From positions 1-41,334 of the forward strand of contig JAJDXU010000005.1 in the NCBI GenBank assembly GCA_022823105.1: a stretch of DNA of 41,334 nucleotides, given 5' to 3'. Below, in pieces: positions 1-10,324 of this stretch. The translations under genes were made by a program, and so were the position numbers. The notes beneath the pieces are model-generated. The model was not told the origin of the DNA, ran no database searches, and worked only from the letters and a program-made list of their open reading frames with translations. This stretch comes from Dehalococcoidia bacterium. GTDB lineage: Bacteria > Chloroflexota > Dehalococcoidia > Lucifugimonadales > UBA3495. Within the stretch, counting starts at the first letter, position 1, and each line of letters opens with the position of its first letter.

Positions 1-406
1 GCCGCAATAGCGGTGACGCCATTGCCCGGTTCAGGATGCTGTACCGGTACTCCCGGTGAGCTGCGTCGTACCTGGAATGGAATTCAAAGGGCACATCGCA
101 GGCGTGGGTGACGCGTATCGAAGGTGGGAGGTAGAAGTTCAACGCGGCGGTCAGCGTATCGGCAGGCAATGCGCTTCCGGTAGCAAAATCCACCACCTGC
201 CCGGCGGCATGGGCTCCCGCATCCGTTCGGCTTGCGCCCCTGACCCGACTGGAGACGCCGGTTACCTTTCCGATGGCGGTTTCCAGTTCGTCTTGTATGG
301 TGGGCGAACCCACCTGAGTCTGGAATCCGAGGTATTCCGTTCCCTCATATTCCACCACCAGGGCAACACGGCGAGCAGTTCCATCAGCGGCAATCTCAGA
401 TTTCAT
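1..406 (-). CDS. truA: tRNA pseudouridine synthase A, 5' part (gene runs off the window start)
   Basis: Hand translation of the minus strand from ATG 406..404 gives MKSEIAADGTARRVALVVEYEGTEYLGFQTQVGSPTIQDELETAIGKVTGVSSRVRGASRTDAGAHAAGQVVDF... This contains the RTDAGxHA catalytic-Asp motif, and the gene sits downstream of rplQ as truA typically does. It is absent from the ORF track because no stop lies inside the window. Confidence 0.8.
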   Translation of the reverse strand, partial: MKSEIAADGTARRVALVVEYEGTEYLGFQTQVGSPTIQDELETAIGKVTGVSSRVRGASRTDAGAHAAGQVVDFATGSALPADTLTAALNFYLPPSIRVTHACDVPFEFHSRYDAAHREYRYSILNRAMASPLLR

Positions 407-477
407 ACAGGCGTTCGGCGATGGCAATCCCTCGTGTGATCCGTGTTGGGACAGGATGTACGGTCAATGGGTGATGA

Positions 478-831
478 TCAGACCAGTTCGATGACGGCCA
501 TGGATGCCCCATCGCCCTGTCGCGGACCCAGTTTGATGATACGCGTGTATCCACCGGGCCGCTCGGCGTAACGTGGTCCCAGTTCATCGAAGACTTTGGC
601 CACGGCTTTCTTGTTGGGAACCTGGCTCAGGGCGACTCGCCGGTTGTGCAGAGTGCCTTTTTTGCCGTGGGTGATCAATTTCTCGGCCATCACCCTGGTT
701 TCCTTGGCCTTGGCCAGGGTGGTGGTGATGCGCTCGTGCTGGATCAGGTCCACGGTGAGGCCGCGCAACAGGGCCTTCCTCTGATCCTTGTACCGGCTAA
801 GTTTGCGGCCGGCGACGCGGTGAGAGGACAT
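478..831 (-). CDS. rplQ: 50S ribosomal protein L17
   Basis: 117-aa ORF with [24 protein letters not shown]. It directly follows rpoA and ends in TGA. Confidence 0.95.
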   Translation of the reverse strand: MSSHRVAGRKLSRYKDQRKALLRGLTVDLIQHERITTTLAKAKETRVMAEKLITHGKKGTLHNRRVALSQVPNKKAVAKVFDELGPRYAERPGGYTRIIKLGPRQGDGASMAVIELV

Positions 832-833
832 CG

Positions 834-1922
834 TTATTCTCCGTCGTCATCATAGTCAAGGTCGTCGTCATCGGGATCGAAAACGAGCGTCCCGCCGGTG
901 AAATTCCTCATGTCATCGGCAAACCCCGGCTCGGTGGACTCATCGCCGCCCGTGCTGGCGGCGTTCACGCCGAGCTCGGTCAACTTGTTCTGGAGCTCCT
1001 CCAGCGATTTCTGACCAAAATTGCGGATGTTCAGCAGATCCTCGGTGCTGAGGTCAAGGACCTGTCCCACACGGTCCAATTTGGCGCGCTTCAGGCAGTT
1101 CAGCGTGCGCGAGGACAGGTCGAGGCGCTCGATGGGCATCAGATACACTTCCGACGCCACTGACAAGTTGGCGGTGTCCAGTGCGACATCGCCGGGGCGA
1201 CTCAGCTGGTTGAACATGAAGAAGTGCTGCACCAGGTTTTCCGAGGCTTCCTGGATGGCGGCCAACGGGGTGATCGCGCCATCGGTCCACACCTGGAGAA
1301 TCAGGCGCTCCCAGTCGGTCTGTTGACCGACCATCATGCGTTCAACGGAGTATTCGACCCTGCGGACGGGGTTGTAGATGGCATCGACCGGAAGCACCCC
1401 GACCGGCAGGCCGGATGCGCTGTCTCCCTGGGTGACCTGCTGGTAGCCCTTGCCGGATTCGACGTTGAATTCGATGGACAGCGAGACGTCCGGGCTGTCC
1501 AGCGTGGCCAGGTGCAGTTCGGGGTTCACGATCTGGAAATCGCTGGCGGTTGATATGTCGCCCGCGCAAACTCTGCCCTCGCCGGTGACGTCGAGTCGCA
1601 TCTTCCCGGGACGCTTGGCCAGGGCATGGATCCTGATGCGCTTGACGCTCAGCAGGAGGTCCATCACCTCCTCTTTCACGCCGGGGATGACCGTGTACTC
1701 ATGGGGCACGTCTTCGATCTTGACCCAGGTGATGGCCGTGCCCTGAATGGAACTCAGGAGCAGTCGCCGCAACGGGTTCCCCACCGTAGTAGCGAACCCG
1801 CGTTCCAACGGTTCCAACGCGACGCAGGCGTAGGTGTCGTTGCTTTCGATTACCCTGATTGATGGGGTTGGGATTTCGGGTTCCGTTTCCCGCAACGGCG
1901 GGAGTATCTGGGGATTTAACAT
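834..1922 (-). CDS. rpoA: DNA-directed RNA polymerase subunit alpha
   Basis: 362-aa ORF. The N-terminal domain has [18 protein letters not shown] and the C-terminal domain has [17 protein letters not shown]. It carries an acidic tail [14 protein letters not shown]. Confidence 0.97.
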   Translation of the reverse strand: MLNPQILPPLRETEPEIPTPSIRVIESNDTYACVALEPLERGFATTVGNPLRRLLLSSIQGTAITWVKIEDVPHEYTVIPGVKEEVMDLLLSVKRIRIHALAKRPGKMRLDVTGEGRVCAGDISTASDFQIVNPELHLATLDSPDVSLSIEFNVESGKGYQQVTQGDSASGLPVGVLPVDAIYNPVRRVEYSVERMMVGQQTDWERLILQVWTDGAITPLAAIQEASENLVQHFFMFNQLSRPGDVALDTANLSVASEVYLMPIERLDLSSRTLNCLKRAKLDRVGQVLDLSTEDLLNIRNFGQKSLEELQNKLTELGVNAASTGGDESTEPGFADDMRNFTGGTLVFDPDDDDLDYDDDGE

Positions 1923-1929
1923 TCAGGGG

Positions 1930-2556
1930 CTACCTCGAGTAGTACTCGACGATGAGGCGGGAATTGATGGTGTCGGGGAGTTCGTTATCCGGCGGCAGGG
2001 ATACCACCTGTCCTTCCATTCTGTTGAGGTCCAGCGTCAACCAGGTGGGCAGGGTCCGCCGCGGCAGGCCGTCGGTGCGGTCTGCGAAGAAATCGCGGTT
2101 CCTGGAGGTCTCGGTCCAGGAGATGGTCTGGCCCGGCTGCACCAGGAACGACGGGATGTCGGTCTTGCGGCCGTTGACAGCGAAGTGGCCGTGCTGGACC
2201 ATCTGGCGGGCCTGCTTGCGTGAATCCGCGAATCCGAAGTGGTAGATGACGTTGTCCAGCCGTCTCTCCAACGTTCGGAGCAGGTTGTTGCCGGAGATGC
2301 CGGGCGTGTTGAAGGCGTCGTTCATGTACTTGCGGAACTGGCCTTCCATGACGCCATACATCTGGCGGGCCTTCTGTTTTTCCCGCAGGTGTACGCCATA
2401 GTCGGAGACGCGCCGGCGCCGGTTGCCGCCGCCTCCCGGTGGAATGTGCCGCCGTTCAATGGCGCAGCGCGGCGAGAAGCAGCGATCTCCCTTGAGGAAC
2501 AACTTTTCTCCGGCGCGTCGGCAGAGCCGGCAGGATGGTCCTGTATATCTTCCCAT
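1930..2556 (-). CDS. rpsD: 30S ribosomal protein S4 (Cys-rich N-terminus)
   Basis: 208 aa starting MGRYTGPSCRLCRRAGEKLFLKGDRCFSPRC. Ends in TAG, which shows that TAG is a real terminator in this genome. Confidence 0.96.
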   Translation of the reverse strand: MGRYTGPSCRLCRRAGEKLFLKGDRCFSPRCAIERRHIPPGGGGNRRRRVSDYGVHLREKQKARQMYGVMEGQFRKYMNDAFNTPGISGNNLLRTLERRLDNVIYHFGFADSRKQARQMVQHGHFAVNGRKTDIPSFLVQPGQTISWTETSRNRDFFADRTDGLPRRTLPTWLTLDLNRMEGQVVSLPPDNELPDTINSRLIVEYYSR

Positions 2557-2625
2557 GCTTATCTTTCCGTTGGTGTTTCGAATTCAAACTCCGGCGGGGG
2601 CCGGAGTGCGTTGAGCCGAGATTCG

Positions 2626-3009
2626 TCAGACTCGGCGGCGCTTGGGTGGCCGAACCCCATTGTGTGGGATCGGCGTCACGTCGCGTATGCTGGTGACGTA
2701 CAGTCCAGCGGCCTGCAGGGCGCGGATGGCGGGCTCGCGTCCCGATCCTGGCCCCTTGATGTACACGTCGATGTTTCGCATCCCCATATCCACGCCGCGA
2801 CGGGCGGCCTGCTCGGCGGCCCGTTGAGCCGCGAAGGCCGTTCCCTTGCGGGAGCCGCGGAAACCGACGGTGCCGGAACTGGTCGATGCCACCACGTTGC
2901 CGTCGGGATCGGTCAGGCTGACCAACGTGTTGTTGAACGTGGAATAGATGTAAGCGCGGCCCTGGGGTATGGACCGGCGCTCTCGCCTTCGGGTGCGTGG
3001 TCGCGGCAT
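2626..3009 (-). CDS. rpsK: 30S ribosomal protein S11
   Basis: 127 aa with [18 protein letters not shown] and [17 protein letters not shown]. Confidence 0.96.
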   Translation of the reverse strand: MPRPRTRRRERRSIPQGRAYIYSTFNNTLVSLTDPDGNVVASTSSGTVGFRGSRKGTAFAAQRAAEQAARRGVDMGMRNIDVYIKGPGSGREPAIRALQAAGLYVTSIRDVTPIPHNGVRPPKRRRV

Positions 3010-3105
3010 CTGGGATTACCTCTTGGGGTCGATATCCGTGGGGTTCGTTACCCGTGGGGGTCGATTCGGTGGAGTTGATGTTGGCAAGACTGCTCTCGTG
3101 GAGTC

Positions 3106-3498
3106 TTACTTCTTGCCACCGGTGCGGCGACCGCGGCCGGCAACGGTGCGGCGAGCGCCCTTGCGTGACCTGGCGTTGGTACGCGTGCGCTGGCCGTGGA
3201 CCGGAAGGTTGCGGCGGTGGCGCAGGCCCCGGTAGCTGCCGATGTCGATCAGCCGACGGATGTTTTCGTTGTGTTCCCGTCGGAGGTCGCCCTCGGTGAT
3301 GTAGTCCTGGTCGACGATCACGCGGATCCGGTCGAGTTGCTCCTCGGAGAGTTCGCTCATGCGCGGAGGCATGTCGACGTCCAGGTTGGCTTTGCCGACG
3401 ATCTCGATGGCCTTGGTGGGGCCGATTCCATAGATGCTTCGCAGCGCGATGTGGGCGCGCTTGCGATCAGGTACGTCAACTCCCGCGATACGAACCAT
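3106..3498 (-). CDS. rpsM: 30S ribosomal protein S13
   Basis: 130 aa starting MVRIAGVDVPDRKRAHIALRSIYGIG. Confidence 0.96.
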   Translation of the reverse strand: MVRIAGVDVPDRKRAHIALRSIYGIGPTKAIEIVGKANLDVDMPPRMSELSEEQLDRIRVIVDQDYITEGDLRREHNENIRRLIDIGSYRGLRHRRNLPVHGQRTRTNARSRKGARRTVAGRGRRTGGKK

Positions 3499-3579
3499 GG
3501 CTTCTCTCCTCTGAACGGGTTGGATATTCCAGCCGATGCCGGGAACCTGCGTGGGTTCCCGGGCTTTTCGCCAGTGGCT

Positions 3580-3693
3580 TCAGCCCTGGCGTTGAGCGTG
3601 CTTGCTGTTGACGCAAATGATGCGTACCCGGCCCTTGCGCCGGATGATCCGGCAGCGATCGCAGCGGGGTTTGACAGACGCGGACACTTTCAT
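3580..3693 (-). CDS. rpmJ: 50S ribosomal protein L36 (Cys3-His type)
   Basis: Too short for the ORF track. Hand translation from ATG 3693..3691 gives [37 protein letters not shown], with stop TGA at 3582..3580. It lies between infA and rpsM as expected. Confidence 0.93.
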   Translation of the reverse strand: MKVSASVKPRCDRCRIIRRKGRVRIICVNSKHAQRQG

Positions 3694-3712
3694 GGTTGAT
3701 AATCCTTGGCCG

Positions 3713-3931
3713 TCACTTGAATCGGTACGTGATGCGGCCACGAGTCAGGTCATAGGGCGACAGCTCGACCAGCACGCGGTCTCCGGGGAGCACCCGGATG
3801 AAGTGCATGCGGATCTTCCCCGAGATGTGGGCGAGCACCTGGTGGTCGTTGGGCAATTCCACGCGGAACATGCCGTTGGGCAGCGCTTCGGTGACCTGCG
3901 CTTCGACCTCGATTGCTTCTTTTTTAGCCAT
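3713..3931 (-). CDS. infA: translation initiation factor IF-1
   Basis: 72 aa, [70 protein letters not shown]. Confidence 0.97.
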   Translation of the reverse strand: MAKKEAIEVEAQVTEALPNGMFRVELPNDHQVLAHISGKIRMHFIRVLPGDRVLVELSPYDLTRGRITYRFK

Positions 3932-3989
3932 AAACTAGCCTACTTTAGCTGCGGCAGTCCCTGGGGGCTGAATGCAGCTGATATCGGAA

Positions 3990-4799
3990 TCAGTCGTGGA
4001 AAGTCAGAATTTTTGGCCCGTCCTTGGTTATCGCCAGCGTATGCTCAAAGTGAGCGGACAGCGCGCCATCGGCGGTGACGACCGTCCAGTCGTCGTCCAG
4101 GATGCGCGTGTCTTCCGTGCCCAGATTCAGCATGGGCTCGATGCAGATGCACATTCCCGGCCTGAGCAATACTCCTTTGCCCGGTTCCCCGTAGTTCGGC
4201 ACCTGCGGGTCCTCGTGCAGGAACCGGCCTATGCCGTGTCCAACGAACTGGCGCACCACCCCATAGCCGCGCTCCTTGGCGTAGCCTTCCACCGCAGCGC
4301 CAATGTCGCCGATACGGTTGCCCGGTTGGGCGGCGGCGATGCCTTCGTAGAGACTGGCCCGGGTGTCGTCGAGCAGACGTTGGGTTTCTTCGTCAACGTC
4401 GCCGACGGCCACTGATATTGCTGCGTCCCCGATAAACCCGTCGATGGTAGCGCCGCAATCCATTTTTATGATGTCGCCCTCCTTGAGGACGCGCTTGCCA
4501 GGAATCCCGTGGACTATTTCCTCGTTCACGGATGCGCAGATAGTGCCGGGGAATCCCTGATAACCCAGAAAAGCGGGCACCGCTCCCATGCTCCTGATAT
4601 TTTTTTCGGCGATGCGATTGAGGTCGCCGGTGGTAATGCCGGGCTCGACCGATCGCTTGAGGAGAGCAAGGGTGGATCCGACGATGGCGCCGGCGCGCTC
4701 CATGGCTTCCATCTCACGACGGGACTTGAGTGTTATCCCGCCCGTGTAAGAAGACGGCGAATTGGAAGCGGTTCTTCGTTTTGTCTGATTTTCCACCAT
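3990..4799 (-). CDS. map: type I methionine aminopeptidase
   Basis: 269 aa with ITLKSRREMEAMERAG, DIIKMDCGATIDGFIGD, FVGHGIG and SAHFEHT metal-site contexts. It has roughly a 20-aa N-terminal extension. Confidence 0.93.
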   Translation of the reverse strand: MVENQTKRRTASNSPSSYTGGITLKSRREMEAMERAGAIVGSTLALLKRSVEPGITTGDLNRIAEKNIRSMGAVPAFLGYQGFPGTICASVNEEIVHGIPGKRVLKEGDIIKMDCGATIDGFIGDAAISVAVGDVDEETQRLLDDTRASLYEGIAAAQPGNRIGDIGAAVEGYAKERGYGVVRQFVGHGIGRFLHEDPQVPNYGEPGKGVLLRPGMCICIEPMLNLGTEDTRILDDDWTVVTADGALSAHFEHTLAITKDGPKILTFHD

Positions 4800-4804
4800 T
4801 ATGA

Positions 4805-5494
4805 TTATACCTCAGCCGTCAAGCCCAGCGCATCCAGGACCGCCCGGTTGACCGATTCGACGGATGCGTCGCCCGGTATGTTGTCCAGCAACCCCGCGTC
4901 GCGATAGTAGTCGAGCACCGGAGCCGTTTCCTCATGATACACGGTGAGACGGTTGGCCACCGCGTCAGGCGTATCGTCGTCCCGCTGATAGATGTCGCCG
5001 CCGTCCGCACAGTCGTCGCAATTACGGGGCGGCTCTCCGGACGCCGGGTTCCTGGTGAATGGTTTCTGGCATTTTCGGCAGATGTACCGGTTGCTGAGCC
5101 GGCGAATCAGTTCGTCATCGGGGACGCTGATGTGCACCACCCGGTCGATTCGCTGGCTCTGTTGGAGCAACGCATCGTTCAGCGCCCGGGCCTGGTTGGT
5201 GTTGCGCGGAAATCCGTCCAGCATGAAGCCGCGTCCGCTGGGCAGGGACCCTACCCGGTCCAGCACCATTTCGATAGTCACCTCGTCGGGCACCAGGGCG
5301 CCCCGGTTCATGTAACCGCGGGCCAGTTCACCCAGCTCCGTCCCGTTGGACAGATGATGGCGAAACAGGTCTCCCGAACTTACGTGCTCAACTCCCAGTT
5401 GTTCTTTGAGCATCTGGGCCTGGGTGCCCTTGCCGGCTCCCGGGGGGCCAAAGAGAATCAACCGCAGGCTGGTCGCAACACTGGCGCGGGTCAT
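4805..5494 (-). CDS. adk: adenylate kinase (Cys4 lid)
   Basis: 229 aa with P-loop LFGPPGAGKGTQ and lid motifs CRKC...CDDC. Its start overlaps the secY stop in an ATGA arrangement. Confidence 0.95.
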   Translation of the reverse strand: MTRASVATSLRLILFGPPGAGKGTQAQMLKEQLGVEHVSSGDLFRHHLSNGTELGELARGYMNRGALVPDEVTIEMVLDRVGSLPSGRGFMLDGFPRNTNQARALNDALLQQSQRIDRVVHISVPDDELIRRLSNRYICRKCQKPFTRNPASGEPPRNCDDCADGGDIYQRDDDTPDAVANRLTVYHEETAPVLDYYRDAGLLDNIPGDASVESVNRAVLDALGLTAEV

Positions 5495-6822
5495 CTCAGG
5501 AACCCCTCGTAGTTGCGCATCATCAGCTGGGCTTCCAACTGTCGCAGCGTGTCCAGGCCGACGCCGACCATGATGAGCAGGCTGGTACTGCTCAGGGCGA
5601 TGGCCTCCACGTTGGTGACCAGGGATGCCAGGTAGGGCACGATGGCGATGAACCCCAGGAACAGCGCGCCGCCCAGCGTCAGCCGGACGATCACCCGGTT
5701 CAGGAAGTCCTGGGTGGGCCGCCCGGGGCGTATGCCCAGAACGAATCCCCCGTTGCGCTGCAGGTTTTCGGCGATGTTCTGCTGCTGGAAGACCACCAGG
5801 GTGTAGAAGAACGTGAAGGCAACCACCAGGATGAAGGCCAGCACCCAGTAGATGGGGCCGGTGGGGCTGAGCGCCGTCTGCATGTTGCCGGCCACGTTGC
5901 CCAGGAATCCTCCGGCGGAACTGAGGTACTGGGCGACCGTGCCGGGCAGGATTACGATGGAGAACGCGAAGATCAGCGGGATCATGCCGGCGGAGTTAAT
6001 CCGCAGGGGTATATATGTAGACCCCGATTGACGGTACATCTGCCCGCCGCGGAATATGCTGCGTCCATATTGGACGGGAATACGCCGGTGCGCCTCATTG
6101 AACACCACGATCAGCGCGATGATCAGCAGGCCGATCAACGCGAAGAAGAAGATGCCGATGATGTTGTCCCGATCCAGGAAGCTGGTGGCCAACAAGCCGG
6201 GGAAACCGACCACGATGCCGGCGAATATGATCAGCGAGATTCCGTTGCCGATGCCGCGCTCGGTTATGAGTTCACCCAGCCAGACCAGGAACATGGTGCC
6301 CGCGGTCATGGACAGCACCGCCGCCAGCGTCGGCAGGAACGCGTCGCCGGTGAAGCCGACGTTGGTCAGCACGTTGGCCTGTTGTAGCAAGACCAACTGC
6401 GCGAACGCCTGGGCGATGGCAATGGGCACGGTGCTCCAGTGCGTGATCCGGTTCATCTTGATGCGACCGGCCTCGCCTTCCCTGGACATATTCTGCAATT
6501 GCGGGATCACCGGCGTCAGCAGCTGCATGATGATGGACGCGGTGATGTACGGGAACACGCCAAGGGCGACTATGCTCATACGCCGCAGCGCGCCGCCTGA
6601 GAACAGGTCCAGGAACCCCAACAGCTGGTTGTTGCTGAACAGGTTGTCCAGCGCGCCGGCGTCGAGCCCGGGTATGGGAATGTGGGCAACCAGCCGGTAA
6701 AGGGCCAGCATGCCCAGGGTGAACAGGATCTTCGCCCGCAGATCGGGCACGCTGAAGGCATCGATTGCCGCCTGGACCAGCCGCGGCCATCTGCCTCCGC
6801 CCTGCACCTCTGACTGGATCAT
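5491..6822 (-). CDS. secY: preprotein translocase subunit SecY
   Basis: 443-aa polytopic membrane ORF (ILFTLGMLALYRLVAHIPIPG...) located between rplO and adk. Confidence 0.96.
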   Translation of the reverse strand: MIQSEVQGGGRWPRLVQAAIDAFSVPDLRAKILFTLGMLALYRLVAHIPIPGLDAGALDNLFSNNQLLGFLDLFSGGALRRMSIVALGVFPYITASIIMQLLTPVIPQLQNMSREGEAGRIKMNRITHWSTVPIAIAQAFAQLVLLQQANVLTNVGFTGDAFLPTLAAVLSMTAGTMFLVWLGELITERGIGNGISLIIFAGIVVGFPGLLATSFLDRDNIIGIFFFALIGLLIIALIVVFNEAHRRIPVQYGRSIFRGGQMYRQSGSTYIPLRINSAGMIPLIFAFSIVILPGTVAQYLSSAGGFLGNVAGNMQTALSPTGPIYWVLAFILVVAFTFFYTLVVFQQQNIAENLQRNGGFVLGIRPGRPTQDFLNRVIVRLTLGGALFLGFIAIVPYLASLVTNVEAIALSSTSLLIMVGVGLDTLRQLEAQLMMRNYEGFLR

Positions 6823-6861
6823 ACGTGAACTATCCCGCGCCGGCGTGAGTGAATTACGAGA

Positions 6862-7308
6862 CTAGATCTCTTCAACCGAACCGCCGGCCGCTTCAATCTT
6901 GGCGCGGGCCGACGCGGTGAATTTGTGCGCCACCACGGTGAGAGGATGTCCCAGCTCTCCGTCGCCGACCACCTTCACGGGCCGGCTGGTGCGGCGAATG
7001 ATATTCAACCCGTGCAACAGCTCGGGGGTTACCCGGGCGCCGGACTCGAAACGCTCCTGCAGGGTGTTCAGATTCACCAGCGCATAGTAGGTCTTGTAGC
7101 GGTTGTTGAATCCCCGCTTCATGGGGAGACCCTTGATCAAAGGCAGCTGACCGCCTTCGAAACCGGGACGGACCCCCTTGCCGGATCGGGATTTCTGTCC
7201 CTTCAGGCCGCGGCCCGCGTAGCTGCCCCCGCCGGCCGCGTCGCCGCGACCGACCCGCTTGCGATTGCGACGGGCCCCTTTGGGCGGCGATATTTGGTGT
7301 TCCATCAT
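6862..7308 (-). CDS. rplO: 50S ribosomal protein L15
   Basis: 148 aa with KRVGRGDAAGGGSYAGRGLKGQKSRSG. Confidence 0.95.
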   Translation of the reverse strand: MMEHQISPPKGARRNRKRVGRGDAAGGGSYAGRGLKGQKSRSGKGVRPGFEGGQLPLIKGLPMKRGFNNRYKTYYALVNLNTLQERFESGARVTPELLHGLNIIRRTSRPVKVVGDGELGHPLTVVAHKFTASARAKIEAAGGSVEEI

Positions 7309-7360
7309 GATGAAAAGGTTGCTCCAACGTTTACGGGAAGTTGCGCGGGTCAGGCAGGGC

Positions 7361-7555
7361 TCATTCGACAGGTTCCACGACGACCAGGTGCTGGACCTTT
7401 TTCACCATGCCCATGATGGTCGGGCTGTCATGATGCACGACAGAATGGTTGAGCCGCTTCAGTCCGAGGGACTGGACGATGCGGCGCTGGTACGACGGCC
7501 GGCCGATGCAGCTTTTCTTCCAGGTGATTTTGATCTGTGCCATTTCGGTACTCAT
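7361..7555 (-). CDS. rpmD: 50S ribosomal protein L30
   Basis: 64-aa ORF. The ATG at 7555 overlaps the rpsE stop (ATGA). An alternative start at 7543 would give MAQIKITWKKSCIG..., which looks more like a typical L30 N-terminus. Confidence 0.9.
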   Translation of the reverse strand: MSTEMAQIKITWKKSCIGRPSYQRRIVQSLGLKRLNHSVVHHDSPTIMGMVKKVQHLVVVEPVE

Positions 7556-8439
7556 TCACCGCTCGGGGCGGGTGGGTCGGCATCGGGTTCGGGCGCCGCA
7601 TCCGCCGGTGGTTCAGCCTGATCCACGGCTGGCGGGGCCTCGTCAACGGCCGGCGCGGCCTCGGCCGACGCCTCAACGGCCGGTGCGTCCTCTGCGACGG
7701 ATTCCGCTTGCGCCGCGGGCTCGCTTGCCGGTGACTCGCTCGCCGGTGGCTCGTTTTCGGCGGTGGCGGCGCTTTCCTCCGACGGAGCAGCCGCCGGGGT
7801 CGCGGGAACCGCGGCCGCCTCAGGCGTTTCGGCTGCCACGGCGCCGTTGGTCTCGGGCCGGATGAGCCCCAGGCGGTTGGCGCGCTCGGTTTCGGGATCC
7901 CTGAGCAGGCTCAGGGCTTCCAGCGTGGCCTGCACGATGTTGATGGGGTTCCTGGAGCCCAGGGACTTGCCAACCACGTCCTGCACGCCCCCCAACTCAA
8001 GCATGGCGCGCATCGCGCCGGCCGCGATCACGCCGGTTCCCAGCGGCGCGGGCTTGATGATAACGATGGACGCGCCCTTTCGAACGGAGATCTCGTGAGG
8101 GATGGTGCTGCCCTTGATCGGGATGGTGATGGTGCTCCTTCGCGCCACCGCGGTTCCCTTGCGCACGGCGTCCGGGATGGCCAGGGCCTTTCCCATGCCG
8201 GCGCCAACCCGTCCCTGGCCGTCGCCCACGACCACCAGAGCGTTGAACCGGAGCCTGCGCCCGCCCTTGACGACCTTGGCGATGCGGCGGGTATGCACGA
8301 CGCGCTCGTTAAAGCCGCCGCTGTCGTCTTCACGTTGTCGCTGGTCGCGATCGCGACCACGGCCGCCGCGTCCGCGACGTTCACCGCCACCACGCTCGCC
8401 GCCACCGCGTTCACCTCTGCGGGTTGCTGGGGATACCAT
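7552..8439 (-). CDS. rpsE: 30S ribosomal protein S5 with RGG-rich N-terminus and a long Ala/Pro/Glu-rich C-terminal tail
   Basis: 295 aa. The core has RVVHTRRIAKVVKGGRRLRFNALVVVGDGQGRVGAGMGKA and a tail of about 100 aa, ...TPEAAAVPATPAAAPSEESAATAENEPPASESPASEPAAQ... Confidence 0.94.
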   Translation of the reverse strand: MVSPATRRGERGGGERGGGERRGRGGRGRDRDQRQREDDSGGFNERVVHTRRIAKVVKGGRRLRFNALVVVGDGQGRVGAGMGKALAIPDAVRKGTAVARRSTITIPIKGSTIPHEISVRKGASIVIIKPAPLGTGVIAAGAMRAMLELGGVQDVVGKSLGSRNPINIVQATLEALSLLRDPETERANRLGLIRPETNGAVAAETPEAAAVPATPAAAPSEESAATAENEPPASESPASEPAAQAESVAEDAPAVEASAEAAPAVDEAPPAVDQAEPPADAAPEPDADPPAPSGE

Positions 8440-8798
8440 CAGAACTTAAGCCCTCCTTCCCGGGCCGCGTCGGCCAGCGCTTTCACGCGTCCGTGGAACC
8501 GGTATCCGCCGCGGTCGAAGACCACTGCAGAAACACCGGCGGCAATCGCGCGTTCCGCCACCAGCTTGCCCACCGCTTCGGATGCGGCGGTCTTGGGCGT
8601 GGCGTTCGACGCGTCCAGCTCGCTGCTGGATGCCTGGGCCAGAGTGTGTCCTCGCCCGTCGTCTATCACCTGAGCATAGATTCCTTTCAGGCTACGGAAA
8701 ACGCACAAGCGGGGACGCTCTGCCGTTCCAATTACTTTGTTCCTTACCCGGCGGTGCCTCACGACACGCAGCTTCCGGGCATCCTTGTCTTTTGGCAT
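8439..8798 (-). CDS. rplR: 50S ribosomal protein L18
   Basis: 119 aa with [20 protein letters not shown] and [28 protein letters not shown]. Confidence 0.95.
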   Translation of the reverse strand: MPKDKDARKLRVVRHRRVRNKVIGTAERPRLCVFRSLKGIYAQVIDDGRGHTLAQASSSELDASNATPKTAASEAVGKLVAERAIAAGVSAVVFDRGGYRFHGRVKALADAAREGGLKF

Positions 8799-8838
8799 AT
8801 CTTTGACGCTCTCAAATTCGGGCGCAGTCGGATCTGCG

Positions 8839-9453
8839 CTACACCGCGCGGCGCGCGGCGGCCTTGCCTGGCTTCAGGCGCAGCACTTCTCCCTGGTAAC
8901 GGATTCCCTTTTCCTTGTAGGCGTTGGGCGGGCGCACCCGGCGCACCTTGGCGGCCAACTGGCCGACCTTCTGCTTGTCAACGCCCGATACGTGGACGCG
9001 GTTGTTGCCTTCCACTTCCATGGTCAGCCCCTCTTCGGGGAAGACGTCCACGGTATGGCTGTAACCCACGCTGAGCGTGATGCCGTTCCCGTTCTGCTGA
9101 ACGCGGTAACCGACTCCCATCAATTCCAAGGTGCGGCTGTAACCGTCAGTTACTCCCACCACGGCGTTGGAAATGAGCGAGCGGGTCAACCCGTGCAGCG
9201 AATGGTGGAATTTCCGCTCGGTCAGTCGCTCGACGATAATCTCATCGGCCGCTACCCTGACGTTCACCTCGGGGTGGTACTTCTGCGTAACCGACCCGCG
9301 GGGACCGGTCACGGTGATCCCGCCGTAGAACACCTCGGCGGTCACGCCCGAGGGGAGCGGAATGGGTTGGCGACCAACGCGCGAGAGCGGGCGTTCCGTT
9401 GGCGGCACTCGCTCTGCGACGCCGGCGCTGATCATCACTTCATTACCAGACAT
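8839..9453 (-). CDS. rplF: 50S ribosomal protein L6
   Basis: 204-aa ORF containing [16 protein letters not shown]. The canonical L6 N-terminus would begin near 9387, so the exact start is uncertain. The ATG at 9453 overlaps rpsH by 11 nt. Confidence 0.9.
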   Translation of the reverse strand: MSGNEVMISAGVAERVPPTERPLSRVGRQPIPLPSGVTAEVFYGGITVTGPRGSVTQKYHPEVNVRVAADEIIVERLTERKFHHSLHGLTRSLISNAVVGVTDGYSRTLELMGVGYRVQQNGNGITLSVGYSHTVDVFPEEGLTMEVEGNNRVHVSGVDKQKVGQLAAKVRRVRPPNAYKEKGIRYQGEVLRLKPGKAAARRAV

Positions 9454-9841
9454 AGCAGACCAATTCTCCTCCGATGCCCTTGCGCCACGCCTCGTAGCCG
9501 GTCATCATCCCCTGGGAGGTTGATACGATGGCGATGCCCAATCCGCCGTACACCCGCGGGATCTCTCCGCGGCCCACGTGGACCCGGAGGCCGGGCTTGC
9601 TGACCCGCTTCAATCCCCGGATGGCATTCTGTTCGTCATCCTTGTACAGCAGATGGATGCGCATGGTCGGGAACTTCTGGTTCCTGGCCAGGTCCCAATC
9701 GCGGATGTAACCCTGCGATTTCAGGATGTCGGCGATCGCCGTCTTGATCTTGGATTGGGGCACCAGCACGGTTTGGTGCCGGGAGTGGATGGCGTTGCGT
9801 ATGCGCGTCAGCATATCTGCAACCGGGTCGTTAATCGGCAT
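9443..9841 (-). CDS. rpsH: 30S ribosomal protein S8
   Basis: 132 aa starting MPINDPVADMLTRIRNA and ending GGELVCYVW. Confidence 0.96.
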   Translation of the reverse strand: MPINDPVADMLTRIRNAIHSRHQTVLVPQSKIKTAIADILKSQGYIRDWDLARNQKFPTMRIHLLYKDDEQNAIRGLKRVSKPGLRVHVGRGEIPRVYGGLGIAIVSTSQGMMTGYEAWRKGIGGELVCYVW

Positions 9842-9927
9842 CGCGGTAAAGCTCCATCACTGTTTTTCCTTGTTTACGCCCACGATGCCCTGCGCTCCCG
9901 GCATCGATGAAATCAAACACCCTGCGC

Positions 9928-10233
9928 TCACAGGCTCGCTTTCCGGACTCCCGGCAGGAGGCCATCCAGGGCCATTTCGCGGAACGATATGCGGGACAGG
10001 CCGAAGTGGCGGATGTACCCGCGAGGCCGGCCGGTTGCGCCGTCCCGATTGCGGATGCGGTTAGGATTGGCGTCGGGGGGCAAAAGGGCCAGTTTCTGCC
10101 GCGCCTCGAACCGTTCCCGCAAGGGCCTGGACATGTCGCGCGCCTCGGCGAGCAGTTCGGCCCGCTGCTGAGCGTACCTGGCGACGGTGCGCTTGCGTCG
10201 TTCGTTCTTCGCTATGGCTGACTTTTTGGCCAA
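9928..10233 (-). CDS. rpsN: 30S ribosomal protein S14 (long form without a Cys cluster)
   Basis: 101 aa, MAKKSAIAKNERRKRTVARY...GLSRISFREMALDGLLPGVRKAS. Confidence 0.94.
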   Translation of the reverse strand: MAKKSAIAKNERRKRTVARYAQQRAELLAEARDMSRPLRERFEARQKLALLPPDANPNRIRNRDGATGRPRGYIRHFGLSRISFREMALDGLLPGVRKASL

Positions 10234-10324
10234 GGTGGGCTCTCCAGTGTTGTGGTCGATTGCACGGACTCTCCGGTTCGTACGACGAACCCGGATCGTG
10301 CAGCGAATCTGTGGTGTGCCGGGC

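Noticed and set aside
56-439. 127-aa plus-strand ORF at the left edge
   Set aside because: It is antisense to the truA reading frame, which carries the RTDAGxHA motif.
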